DNA of 64,000 nucleotides from Azolla caroliniana. Its lineage: Eukaryota > Plantae > Polypodiophyta. The position numbers and the translations under genes are program-made. Location of the stretch: NCBI GenBank assembly GCA_043228905.1, contig JBHGNT010000002.1, positions 22,382,001 to 22,446,000 of the forward strand, written 5' to 3'. Positions 51,221 to 64,000 of this stretch are shown in pieces. The number at the start of each line of letters is the position of its first letter. Positions within the stretch are counted from its first letter, which is position 1. A model generated the notes under the pieces. That model was not told where the DNA came from, did no database searches, and saw only the letters and a list, made by a program, of their open reading frames with translations.

Positions 51221-52134
51221 TTCTCAAGCATCTTATTATCATTACAATTGTTTAAGTAGCATTTGTCAATTTTATTTGTGTGACTAATGGGGGAATAGGC
51301 AATGAAAGTAATGTGGAAAATATATTATGAAAACAATGCTCTAATTATGGTATTTCAAACTTTTCCAAGTGTTTAAAAACTACTTAAATGAAGAACGGGA
51401 GATTTCTACATTAATGGATCAAAACAAAATACAACATTACAACTAGGGAAATAAAATTACAACTAGAGGGCATTGGGTATAGATAGATAGGGAGTAGTAA
51501 TATTAATTTGTGACGGTCATGGTCAAGACTAAGGATATAAGTTTCCATTTCAAAAGACCTATTTCACACTAATCCTATCAAGCACTGAAACAAAATGCAA
51601 TAAGGTAATAAAATGTGCACTAATCGGCTGGTTATATCAAGAGCAAAAACAAGTGCAATAAGGTAATTAAATGTGTTATGTAACATGACTGAAACCGTAA
51701 TATTGGGAACATGCTAATCATACATAATGTCTGCACCTTAACCACAAAATAAAGCTATCGTTGATGGGAAAGTACCTAAGTTTTTTATACAATTTTATTC
51801 ATAAGTATTTTCCTTCATAATGTTGCTACCATGTTTCAAAAGCGAACACTATTTTTTATTGATAATAGGAACTAGCACCAACATCATGATAATCAAAGGA
51901 AATTGTATAATAATACAAAAAACTATATATGTCTTCATTTAGAAGGACTTAATGATAACAACATAATAATGGATAGTGTGGAATTCTAGCATCCAGTTCT
52001 TTCAACAATCTAGGGCTGAATTATTAATGTAAACGTATCAATAAACTTTGATTATATTAAACACAAAAAATAACCCAATATAAATTAGAAGTTCTTTACA
52101 CTCACCATCCTACATATGTATATCCATGGCTTCT

Positions 52135-52690
52135 AATGGAACCATGAGCATAAACACAGAATTTCTAGGTTTGTCAACTTCACCGAAAAACTTTTGTTCC
52201 AAACTTTATGGATGGATTGTACTCATAAAATTTACTTGTCTTGTAATTTTTTCCATCTCTCATAATTTATAAAAGTTGACAAACCTAGAAATTCTATGGG
52301 TATGTTCGTGATTCCATTTGTATGAAAATTTGAGAGTTTTATTGATGTTTGCAAGTCTGTTTAAAGAATATTTTTCATACATTTTAAGAAACCGTCTACC
52401 TTAAACAGACTTCCAAACATCAATACTCAAATTTTGATACAAAATGGAATCACGATCATACCCATAGAATTTCTACGTTTGTCAACTTCACCAAAAAAAA
52501 ATTGTTCCAAACTTTATGGATGGATTGTACTCATAATTTATTTGTCTTGTATTTTTTTCTGTCATGATTTATAAAAGGTAGACGGTTTCCTAAAAGATAT
52601 GGAAATTATTCTTTAAATAGAACTCTCAAAATTATTTTTGGGAACAAAAACAAAAAAAAACAAAATCTCAAACTTGGATACAAAATATAA
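52135..52690. repeat. Direct duplication with an internal inverted segment (long hairpin 52273-52488)
   Basis: 52273-52364 is the reverse complement of 52401-52488. 52135-52272 is repeated directly at 52443-52575. The loop 52365-52400 is the reverse complement of 52577-52612. Confidence 0.9.
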
Positions 52691-53655
52691 GAAGCAACAT
52701 AGTTGCTGATATTTGAAAGAGCAATTGGAAATTTCGTCCATCCATACAAGTACAAAACTCCATTGTCCAAATCAAATTTCACATATTACTCACAAGGACT
52801 TACCAATTCTCCAATCATGTCTAGTATTAATAAGTAAATCCAGCACTGGCCAAAGAGATAAAATCTTAACATTCACAACAAATTATTAAAATATTCGCCA
52901 TAGGTAGTCGATCATTTTCGGCGGACGTTATTTTAGAACCCCATACAGTACATGACAGATGCACCCAGAGCAGTTTAGTCATATATACATAACAGACAAT
53001 CCCACATGCTATTTGTGCAAGCTAATGTATATCATCAAAACATTCCTTGTAACTCAAGGGGCACCAATAAAAACTTTGGAAAAAATGCAAAGATTATTTG
53101 ATCACCCACCATGCATTTTTTCCCCATTATGTACATTAGACTCTTCAAAATGAAATACATAAAATTGTTTTGAGTCTCCAGAAAAACTGATTCTGCAGTA
53201 AGATTGAATATTAGCTTTCCCCCACGGGCAGTGTCCTATGGTTGCACACTTTGAACCACATTTTATAGTTAACGTACCCACATTAATGTGAAATATTCCC
53301 CCACCCCAGAAGGCAGCACTGCAATAAAAAACTTCAAAATTGTATTTAAAATTTCCACTACACATTAAATGTAGATAAAAAGTCATGTTTTTTGACTTTT
53401 AGTATTGATCTCCTGCATTACGGAGATGGATTCTCTCTATTAGTTACTCAGTCAAAAAGAGTTCAGATTACAAGGGAATCAAACAAGGGTTCAGATGGCG
53501 AACCTGTTCTATCCGATTCTATCCATCTATAATCCCTCTTTTGATCTGAATAGGGTAAACGCAACTTGATAAAAAAACTACAGTAAGGTGCCCAATTTAG
53601 TATCCCAGCCGTTGGCGATCAATCAATCAATAAGAAGATTTGAGGAAATAAGGGT

Positions 53656-56600
53656 TTAACAGAAGAACATTTTCTCTTGCATATCTGGATGCAAGGACGC
53701 AAAGTTGATGGGGATTGAGTGCTGATCAGAACTCCTTGTCTGCATAGATGAAGTATCCGATCCACTATCATCACAAGAATCAAGAAAGTTTCGACCATGT
53801 GCAGCTGCCAGGTGAGCATAAGCCACAGGTGCCACTACAGATAGAAAAGAAATATTAATTTATTTTTGTAACATGTCCCAGTATTTCACGATGATGTATA
53901 AACTACATGTTTATATATTTCATTCATGTTTGGTTGTATAAAGCACAATTCCACATGTATGTATGGACGGATGTATACACGTGCACATGCACATATAAAT
54001 GCACACGTCATGCCTGTATTTAATTGTACATGAATACTAGCACATCACAATCTATAACAGTGATTTGTTGTGTGTGGACCTAATGAATGTAGTATAAATT
54101 GAAACAATAAGCACGTCCTCATTAACATTTATTTATAACAGTATTTTAACTGCAAATAAGAATGTCTGCAATCTGGCAGATGTTATGTAGTACATATCCT
54201 GTGATTTTGTTTTATGTATAAATTGAAACAATAAGCCCATCCTCGTTCATGTTTATTTATAACAGTATTTTAACAATAAGCACGTCCTCAATACTTCTGC
54301 CAGATGCTATGCAGTATATACCCTGTAATTTTGTTTTATGAATAAATAAATTAAAACAATTAGGACGTCCTCATTAACATTTATTTATAACAGTATTTTA
54401 ACTGCAGAGAAGACAATACACTCAATAACATCCCATTGCATGCATGTATATATGCATATACACCATAAACATAAGCATATTATACATTCTTGTATGTTTA
54501 TAGACACAAATGTGGGCATTGTATACTATATTGCTTTAAAAGAACTAGAAAGAATTATTTACTGACCAGTTGATACAGCTGTCGTACTGCGAGCATACCT
54601 AATAAGCAAACAGATTGTAGCATACAAACAGTGAACAACCACAGTAAAGCTCATATATTCAACAAAAAAAATGAACGCTGCGATAACTAATTCAGGTTAA
54701 TTTATACTCACGTATAACATAGACTATGTGTAAGGTTCTGCAGTTCATCAACAGAGAAGTTGTTTTCATCCACCAACACATGATAATGTGTTGGCCTTGT
54801 TGTGCCCTGAAATTTCAATCATGTGATTCATAAATATTCAGAAAAATAAAAGCAACTCATTTGTATACAAACAAGCCATGTATTCAGCTCAATGCAATCC
54901 ATCACACGATTCAGCAATAGCACAATTAGCCAATATATAGGCTCTATGGAAGAAGATTAAATAGAACTTACAATTATGCCAGCATGAGCACACAGATAAA
55001 AATCATAATCTTTTGGGTGGCACAGATGTTCATCCACAATAGTTCCTGAAATAAGAAACAAATTATGTATTCATTTTCCCGTTAACCAAATAGGTTTTCA
55101 GAAGGAATATTATTGACATAATTAGTACAGATTACCTGGGGCAACATTCCCACTCGGATGCTGTTTAGGACCTACATTGAAAAACCGCGTGTGGTGCCTC
55201 TTTTGCACCACAATGAAAGTGATTTTGGGATTATAATCCCCACTTTTGTCAATGTGATTAAAAGCCTATACAATGCAATGCCATTAAACGAGACTCAAAT
55301 CCAATTCCAAATAATAAAAACTAGATAGCACATCATAAGCTCTTTTTTCTTCGTGCAAACAATAAATTATTTTAACCTTCTTGAAAGCCAGGTATTCATC
55401 CCTAAGAACCTGCTCAAACTGTGACTCCGAAACTCCATCCCTACATATCAACAAATTAATGAAATCCAAAGCATATCCTACAATGTTACAGATCTACATT
55501 TGTGTCAACGAATTTATTTCGAAGTATATGCAAAAATGCACATATATAATTAAGTCTTCATTTCTGCGAGAATTCCATAGAATCCAAACTTATACACCTC
55601 CACTTTTCCCTGTATATGCTATTTACCTGAAAATAATGACTTGCATAGGCCTTCTTTCTGATACTCCTGGCATTGGCTTACAGGTTCGATAAAAATCTTT
55701 GAGCAATTCTCTATGAAGTTATTTTCAAAAGAGCTATTAGACCCATATAAAACATAGCTTGCAAACATGTAGTGGAGCTATGAATATACTACAGAGTAAA
55801 AGTATCTTACGCAACCATGCCTCCTGAACCAGACTCTTCATACAACCCCGAAATCATTTCTACTTTCCTTGGTTGCGCTCTCAATCGTACACCATACTTC
55901 GATATATTTGGCCATTCTCTAGATGCAACAACCTATGTAAAACAAATAATTCAACTTACAATAAGATTGACCTTAATGCACTTACATACTCAAATGCATT
56001 TGGCAATTTTCTAGATGCAAACTTTCATGTAAACTCCAAGCATATAATCACTGATTAAGGACTAAATCTTTGGGATCATGAAAATTCAAGTGAGGTTAAG
56101 GAGTCTTGTACAGCAGCTATCGAGGGCAAATCTGAAAACCCCACATTCCCATGTGAAACATCCATCCCAAAGATTATAGTCGGAACACGAGAAATTTTGG
56201 GTAGCTTTAAATGATACTCCATTGCCAAGAAGGAGTTCGTTCCTCCCATCTGTGATTCATGAAAGTCATTGTAAGAGCATATGAAAAATGAGTAAATGCT
56301 TCAAACATTATGGAATTTTCCTCACCTTCGCATTAATCTTCAATGCAACATTAGTTAAATACTGATCTTTAACTTGACTTGGGGGTGAAATGCATTGTGT
56401 GATGATATTAAGCTTGGTCTGAACTAACTTCTTCAGTGGTCCTAAAAGACACAAAAAGATGAAAAAACTCAGACTGCATCTGCATTTTATAAAATATGAT
56501 TGACTATTCAGATTCTTCAAATATAGCAAAAGCTCAGCTCACACTAGATCTTTACTAGCTGAAACATAAACTAGGAGATTATATATCTAACAATGGCAGT

Positions 56601-59600
56601 TATATACCATAAACATCACTAGTCTTCCGCACTGGAAGTATGCATAACATGAAATCAGGTGGACGTTTACGTAATTTCCCCTTTACTTCTTCAATTGCTC
56701 TCTGCACTCTTTGCGTTGGTGGCAGATAGGCATGTTGATGTGACTCTTGAACAATAAACTCAGGGAATGGCATTGTCTGCAATTAAAATGAAGACTTCCA
56801 TTAAAACATCAAATATGGACAATGGAATTACAACAGTAGTAGTGAATTTTCCAATCTACGATGAAGAAGTGCATATAGCATCAAAAGTAAATCTTATAAC
56901 CTAAAACGTTAAGCACTACAGCAATAGAAGTTGATTCACTTAAACATGAAAATTTTTATGATCACATAAAAATCTCCAACTTATTAAGAAGTCCCATAAT
57001 CAAAATCTCAAAATTTATTAAGAAGTCCAGTAACCAAAATCTGCAAAGTTTACCATTCCTTTGGTACTGCAAACTCTTGCAAGATCTTGTGCTATTCGTT
57101 CTACAGCATGTTGAGGCATCCTTGAGTTGAAATTAAGCACTACCCATGACCCAATCTCTCCTGGAGCAGCCACTACCTGATTGAATATAAACGTATAAGT
57201 ACCAGCATTTAAAATACAAAAAGTGGTTTGTATCATGTAAGACCAAGTAGGTTCACCTTAGTGTTGAAGTTCCACCTTCCTGCACGTGGGGTCTCTTCAA
57301 CTCCTTTTCCGAACATCAACTAAAACCATTAATTCTGATGTTAGAAAAGAAACTTTGAACATTCATACGGATTCTCATCCTCAATTATCAAAAGGCATTC
57401 AGTAAGTTGATATAATGAAGCATTTAGTTTATTGATGAATAAAGCCCAAGCATGTTACTTACAGCTGGTGTATCCAAGATCCTGCCTGAAATATTTTTCA
57501 TTTGTGGATCTATTTTGAGGTTGAAAGCACGTAACAGTGGATTTGATCCATAATCACTCATTTCCATTGCCTATCAAAGAAAGAAGTTGGTAGGATTTAT
57601 TACACTAAAATAACAATTACGCCTCTGTAATAACATGTTCAGCTTGTGTTATGGCATGGATTAACTATATTACAATTATGTAATGAATCTAACTCTCGTA
57701 GAGTTGAACTATGCGGAATCTTATTGTGTGTGAGTGGATGTGTGACCAAGAGAAGGAATCAGAGAAAATAACTAGAAATGACTAATTATACATTAGGGCA
57801 CTGACAACTTATGCGGTGAAGTAAAATCTATATTAATCAAATAAAGTTCATAAACTGAACATAATGGGGGGCACAAGTCTACTCATAGATATCCACTGAA
57901 GTACGACTCTGTCATAATAATAACTAATACTCTTTGACCACATTTACACTTGACAACTAACTAGATATCACAATCTAGTTCGTCATGTAACTAGATAGTT
58001 CAACAGATTACAATAAAGGGTGCTCACATTGTGCTTATCTTCATCATAAGCACACATATACACTAGCTGAGCTTGATTCTCAACAAATTATAATCTTCAA
58101 ATAAAATTATAACAACAATGTCCCAGTAATCTCTACCCTATTTCCTCCTAGCAACTATAGATCAAACTTATATGCTTTTACCTATATTAGTAATCTTCTA
58201 TAGCTTCATACTTGGAATTTCGATTGATATTATAGCTATAATGTCTATAATGTCTTCCCTTGGTACATAAATTAATTTAGAAAATCTATTTATTTACCTT
58301 CCGCAATACACTTTGTCTCTGGTCTGGGTGTTGACGTGCCTGATCAATCATTCTCTGCCTTTGATTACTGGTGAGAGGTTTTGTATATCTCTGTCCCTCC
58401 ACAATGTGGCATAGCTGTGATATTCACAGTGCAAACATGGAAAAAGACAAACTGGTATGAACAGTTAATCCATATAAAACTATTAGTAAATACGTGAAAA
58501 GCCAAAGTAAGCTCTACGCGTGCATGTAAGTATGTCTACATACATACATCAAGACATAAACCTCTATATCAAGACGGCAGCTGGGTATGTGTATCTATGG
58601 CTGAACATAAATTTATATATAATGCATCAGTGCAAGCATGCATGTGGGTGTGTATATATATATACATGCATTTATAAATGTATGTATGTATATGATGTAT
58701 GCATACTTGTATGTATGCATGCATGTATTTATGTATGTGATGTATGTATGTGATGGATGTATGCATGGGTGCGTATGCATATATGTACACAGTACATATG
58801 TATCATTTTTATATATGTAAGCAACAAAAGTGTGTCTACATCTGGATATAAAAAGATGTATGGGTATGCATGCATGTATTTATGTATGTGATGTATGTAT
58901 GCATGGGTATGTATGCACATATGCACACAGTACATATGTATCATTTTTATATATGTAAGCAACAAAAGTGTGTCTACATCTGGATATAAAAAGATGTATT
59001 TCAAGAATTATAGCAAACCTCTACAGGAATGTAGGTGGGCTTATTTTTCCTGCCTGCAGCAATGCAAGGTAGCTCTGGATACTTGATAGACAAGTTGTAT
59101 TGAATTTTATAGTACTCCTGTATGGTTAGCTCTGTTTCCATTGGGTTCCCACTCTCATCCAACTTTTTGCGTACGAATCTACATTATTAGGATTAGCATT
59201 AAAAATACTGATAACATGTGAAAGCATAATATATAGGTCTTCAGCATTACAGTGTAAATGAAACCATGGAAGATGTCTGCATAACAATGTTTTTATGGCA
59301 AGGACGGTTTAGAAAGAATATCATTAATGCCAGCAACAGAATGTGTATCAAAGTTTATGGAATGTATTTAAAAACAATTATACATAGTTCTTCAGGATAG
59401 CTTACGTTTGCTCTGCACAACTGCATGGGCTGAACCCAACTATTCTGTGTATCATTTTGGTGTGTGGAGTCACAACTTTTACACCTTTCAGATACTTCTT
59501 AACCTGAGAAAGATAACATGGTAAGAATCTTATATATATAGACACACACACACGCACATTTATGTATGGATGCATACATGTGTGTCTGTGTTTGTACACA

Positions 59601-62600
59601 TACATATGTACATGTATATATAGGTTTACACATATATATACATATGTAACTGTGTGTATATGTATATGCACAGTCATAACTATATGCAGATAGGATTTAA
59701 ACTAAATGTAACATGGTGGCACGATAAGATTAATTAAATAGAGTTACAACATAGTAGGCACACTAATTATAAAGTAGTACCTTATCCCAGTCTGTTTGGC
59801 TTGGACTCTGTGGATTAAAACGATCCTTAATGAACTCCAGGACACTTGAGGGCTTAATTACTGTTGTTGTGGCTGTGTCTGAATGCATGAATTCAAAGTT
59901 TTATTCGGAGAGCTTAAAAAAACTACACAATCACAAAGGTTATATGGTTTCTCTATAAAAATATCATGTATATTATTATGTAAGGATTCCAGATATGTGC
60001 TTCACATCAATATGAAAAACGTTCCTATTCATAGAAAACATTTCATTTCATAAATTAGAAAAGCTGGTTATCATAATAACCACTTCATATAAATCAATAA
60101 ACATTTCATAGGGTTCATGCTCATATATTAAGCACTTCGGATTTCACATCAATTGTTCTACGCCTTTGACATAAACCATTATGTAGAGCTTTGACCAGAT
60201 AAACCAGCATAAGCATATCTTGTGAGTCATTACATTATAAGAATCAAAAGCAGCAAAAACAAACAAGCGTAATAATTTTTTATCAATTACCATCAGAATT
60301 TTGTACAAATTACAAGTGCTAAAAATCAAATAAGTGGATCCTTAGCAGCATTTCATATTGATGTTGATGGACGATTACATGGTACAGATAAGTACTGAAA
60401 CTAATGGAAAATCTGCTACTCACCTAGATTCAAAGAAAGCCCTTGAAGTGAAGGGCGGATACTGACATGGTATCCTTGGCATGTCTGTACACCCTCACCA
60501 ATATCAGCAACACCAAACACGGGGCTAAAATAGTTGTCATTTATGAGCATGTAACCTCTGCAAAAAAGTGAAAAAGGGGGGGTAGACACCCATCAAAATA
60601 TGTACACTTGTGAGAAAGAAAACATAGATTGTGTTGTGACGATTATCATTCATGATGCAGTGTTAATATGAATACAATCAGCTGTATGACAGGTAACAAA
60701 TTGAGAGAAGTTCATTGGAGTGCATTATATTACTGAATGAATGAAGAGATAATTTGATTCATGTATAAGTGATTTTACAAAACTAAAAGAGGACATTATT
60801 ACATTCCTTCAAAAATAACTAACCGATTAAGATCGCATATATAGATTCATCACAAGAATGTTGAAAGGATTATTGAGGATACAATTGGATTAGTTGGATC
60901 CATGTATGAATAATTTAAGGAATGATTAGTACAGCACATAAATAGGTTCATGTATGAATGATTATACAGGATTAAGTTCAAACAGCAAAATTCCTGGGTG
61001 CATTATTCCAAGATTCACACGATATCACTTCTTACTCATGCATGAGTGGCAGACGGATTTATAAGAGCATAAGATTAGATATTTCACGAATGAACAATTA
61101 TAGAAGATTTCTAAGACTACATAAAAGAAGATGAATGCAGGAATTCATGAAAAACATGTTTGGCTGAATTATTTATATATAGCTAAAGGATCATGGATAA
61201 ACAGGTGAAATGTATAATTGATAATTACTTTGATGCAGAATGATGGCGCAAGACAATGTCAAGAACACGAACTGCATCTTTAGCTCTGTTGTTGGATTGG
61301 CCTCTCAGTAAATCCATGATTGATCCCATCCTCACGGTTGCCACATATTCAATTTTCACTTTAAATTCTCTACCTCTGGGAGACACCCGACTCCTCTTCA
61401 CTACATCACCTCCAATAGAGCTCCCTGGAGCCCTGTATATCAAATATACTAACGAGGATAAGAAACCAGCAAATATACTCATATAAACTCAAGGTAAGAG
61501 AGCATTTTAAATTTAATTAGTATAACTGAAGACTCCTAATGCTTGATCAAGACATACATGCTTGTCTTAAGAGGGAGGGAAAGAAATGACCCTGCTGTAC
61601 GGAGGATTGGTAGACATTGGAAGAGAGATTAAGCAAAGTTATTTATGATAAATCAAGGAGCAAGATGAAGATCCACTGTAAAGTTAAACCATATCAGTAG
61701 AGAGATAGTCATAAACTTACTTGTTAAAAGCAGAATCCTCAACGAGAACATTGAATTCCTGTGTCTGAAATGGTAGGGGTCCAACGGTGTAGAGGCATTT
61801 CTCTCCGTCATAAGCAAACGTCTTACCTCCTAATTCGGCCTTCCCATATACTTCTGAGACCTTCGAGATGACCAGTCTGCGGTCATTCTTGATAGATAAG
61901 GAATTATCATCTCGACCACTCAGAGGCTCAGAAATAGAAACCTGTGTTGAAATCAAATACACGTTGTTATGCCCAAAAGATGGTGATAATGAAGGCTGTT
62001 CTGATGGCAAGTGATGATGTAACAGTACTGGCGGTGGTGATGGTGGCGGTGGTAGCAATGCTGTGTCTGGTAATGTTATGGATGGTGATCATTTTCAGGA
62101 GAAAACAACGCACGAGAAAGAAAACTTGTACGCAGATGCCTGGTATCTACTAACAGAGCCTGTAGTTCAGTGGTTCACAGATAACAGGACATAAAGTTGA
62201 AGAAATGTAGAAAATAACAAGAAAAGAAAGCGGTATAAGTGGAAAAACTGGCAGCGGGAGGAAGAGAATACAAGAAGAAGATAAAGGAAGGAAAGGAAAC
62301 AAGTCCTCCAAACGAGTAGCAGAAAGAATACAATGCTAAAACAAGGATATCTACAACTTAACATCATATGTAGACAACTGTCTTCAGAACCGACGTGGTA
62401 ACACAGACACGTTCTCTGTATTAGAAAACGAAGAAAAATCTGAGCTTCTTCGATAAAAGCAATTGTAATAACATTGCAAATACGATGCTGATGGATTTAC
62501 TGCTTCTGGTTCTACGCAGAACCACTGCGAGAATCAGAGAAAGAAAACGATGAAGCAGACACCATATATGTGCATATACAGAGATATTATAGTGGCCGCA

Positions 62601-63153
62601 AAGAATTTAGCGTGGATGGTCGTTCGAGTACATAGGCCCAGAATTACAAAAACCTAATTTTGTTACCAGAATATAGCTTCTAAAGCATTAGAATTTACGG
62701 CGTATATACCATTACAGACCAAGTGCCTTGCATGAAAGATCAGAGATACTAGCATGCATACATGGGAGAGGAGTTTTGGTGGAATGAGATGGATTAACAG
62801 TAGTATAGCGCAGCAAGCAACTGCTGACGAATTAATGGAAAAGAAAAGGGGGGGAGAGAGAGAGTACTTACATCATACTGAAAGGAGTCTTGGTTTCCTG
62901 TTAAGGCAACAGCGAAATGGTTACAGAGAAGCTGGATACGCTTTCCAGATCGGCCATGCGCAGGGCGAGTCATTTGGAGTGGGGGCTTGAAGAGAGGTCC
63001 GCTGGTTATAGGAGGAGGAGGAGGAGGAGGAGATGTTAGCGGCGATGGAGGAGGAGGTATGGAGGTTGCGGCTACATCCAGCGGTGGTGGTTGATCTGCA
63101 GAAGACGATGATGAGGGAGGAGCAGGAGGAGGAGGAGGAGCTTCATCAGCCAT
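53656..63153 (-). CDS. Argonaute, AGO4/6/9 clade-like; 22 coding exons
   Basis: All 22 exons traced with GT-AG sites and a continuous frame, from ATG 63153 ([10 protein letters not shown]) to TAA 53656. Motifs [92 protein letters not shown] and terminal MFFC. The DEDH tetrad is intact. Confidence 0.96.
54090..54412. repeat. ~120-bp tandem repeat (about 2.5 copies) in the last Argonaute intron
   Basis: aaattgaaacaataagc.c.tcctc.tt.a..tttatttataacagtattttaac recurs at ~54096, ~54220 and ~54348. Confidence 0.9.
58520..59000. repeat. TATG/TGCA-rich low-complexity intron tract with a ~130-bp tandem duplication
   Basis: cacagtacatatgtatcatttttatatatgtaagcaacaaaagtgtgtctacatctggatataaaaagatgtat occurs at ~58788 and ~58925. 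Confidence 0.85.
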
Positions 63154-63242
63154 GGTGTGAGAGAGAGCTTGAGAATGGCGATGGTGAAGATGGAGATGAG
63201 ATGAGAATTTAGGCAACGACAGAAAGTGAAGCGGGGGGGGGG

Positions 63243-63296
63243 GGGTTTAGGGTTTAGGAGTTTAGGAGTCTTAGGGTTTAGGGTTTAGGGTTTAGG
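63243..63296. promoter_or_regulatory. Telo-box / (TTTAGGG)n cluster about 90-140 bp upstream of the Argonaute ATG
   Basis: gggtttagggtttaggagtttaggagtcttagggtttagggtttagggtttagg; reads AAACCCTA repeats on the coding strand. Confidence 0.7.
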
Positions 63297-63889
63297 CACG
63301 CCGCCGCAGTCGCATAAACACACATACTGTATATGTTGGCGTACGAAAAGCACACTCCGAAAGAGCGTCGAGTGAGCATAAAATTGGCGATGGCGCAGAT
63401 GAACAGGAAAAGAATCATGTCTGCAGGGCCGTTAGGGATTACATGGGGACAGGAGACGCAGACAGACAGACAAACAGACAGACAAACAAAGAGAGAGTGA
63501 GAGATAGAGAGAGAGCGTGTGTGCATGGAAAGCAAATTTGTCACTTGTCTATTATTACATATTTTTATTAATTCTATTATTATTATTATTATTATTATTA
63601 TTGATTCTATTATTATTATTAGCATTAATCTCAATAATAAATAATACTTAATAATTGTTAACTAGTCCCTTTATTTTATTTTGTGATTCTCAGTCTTCTT
63701 CTTTTCCAAATACATTTAACTTTTTGGGGCTGTTTTTTTCTTACTTGCTTTTTTGCGTTTTGCGTTTGGCGCCTTTGTCTCTCTGCTTTTGCTTTTTGTG
63801 TTCCCGCGCTTCTGGGTTCCCACCCGAGGACGGCGCTTAAAAACCCATAGAAAATCAGGATCTGTTTTTTTTATCCCCCCCCCCTCTCC

Positions 63890-63923
<34 letters not shown>

Positions 63924-64000
63924 GTCCCCCGTACTTCTCGATGAAATAAACCCGGTCGATCGGACTCACGTTTATTAATAATTATTAGTCTTCCTAACAA

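Noticed and set aside
58520-59677. Cys/Met/Tyr/His-rich ORFs in Argonaute introns
   Set aside because: They are translations of TATG/CA low-complexity repeats.
1777-63153. A functional gene cluster (bromodomain, PPR, VAP, MVK, AGO)
   Set aside because: The functions are unrelated and the spacing is ordinary, with TE-filled intergenic DNA. Nothing in the sequence supports a shared pathway.

Overview
AT-rich, intron-rich plant nuclear DNA. The style of the PPR repeats suggests a fern such as Ceratopteris (inference). I reconstructed five protein-coding genes by hand: a BRD1/2/13-type bromodomain gene (-, 1777-12784), an intronless PLS-class PPR gene (+, 24198-26783), a TM-less VAP/MSP-domain gene (-, 28586-32990), mevalonate kinase (+, 45287-48644) and a 22-exon AGO4/6-clade Argonaute with an intact DEDH tetrad (-, 53656-63153). 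There is one tRNA-Ile(AAT) gene. Mobile elements include several decayed Ty1/copia remnants, a near full-length decayed L1-type LINE with a candidate TSD, a second LINE 3' fragment, a probable isolated LTR and a clean non-autonomous hAT element with an 8-bp TSD. The most notable observations are: a U12-type intron in mevalonate kinase; a duplication-inversion forming a ~90-bp-stem hairpin just downstream of the Argonaute; a tRNA head-to-head with a PPR ORF that has no room for a transit peptide, with a tandem duplication of the tRNA 3' flank; and telo-box or telomere-like arrays at three genes. I found no evidence of a wholly new multi-gene system.
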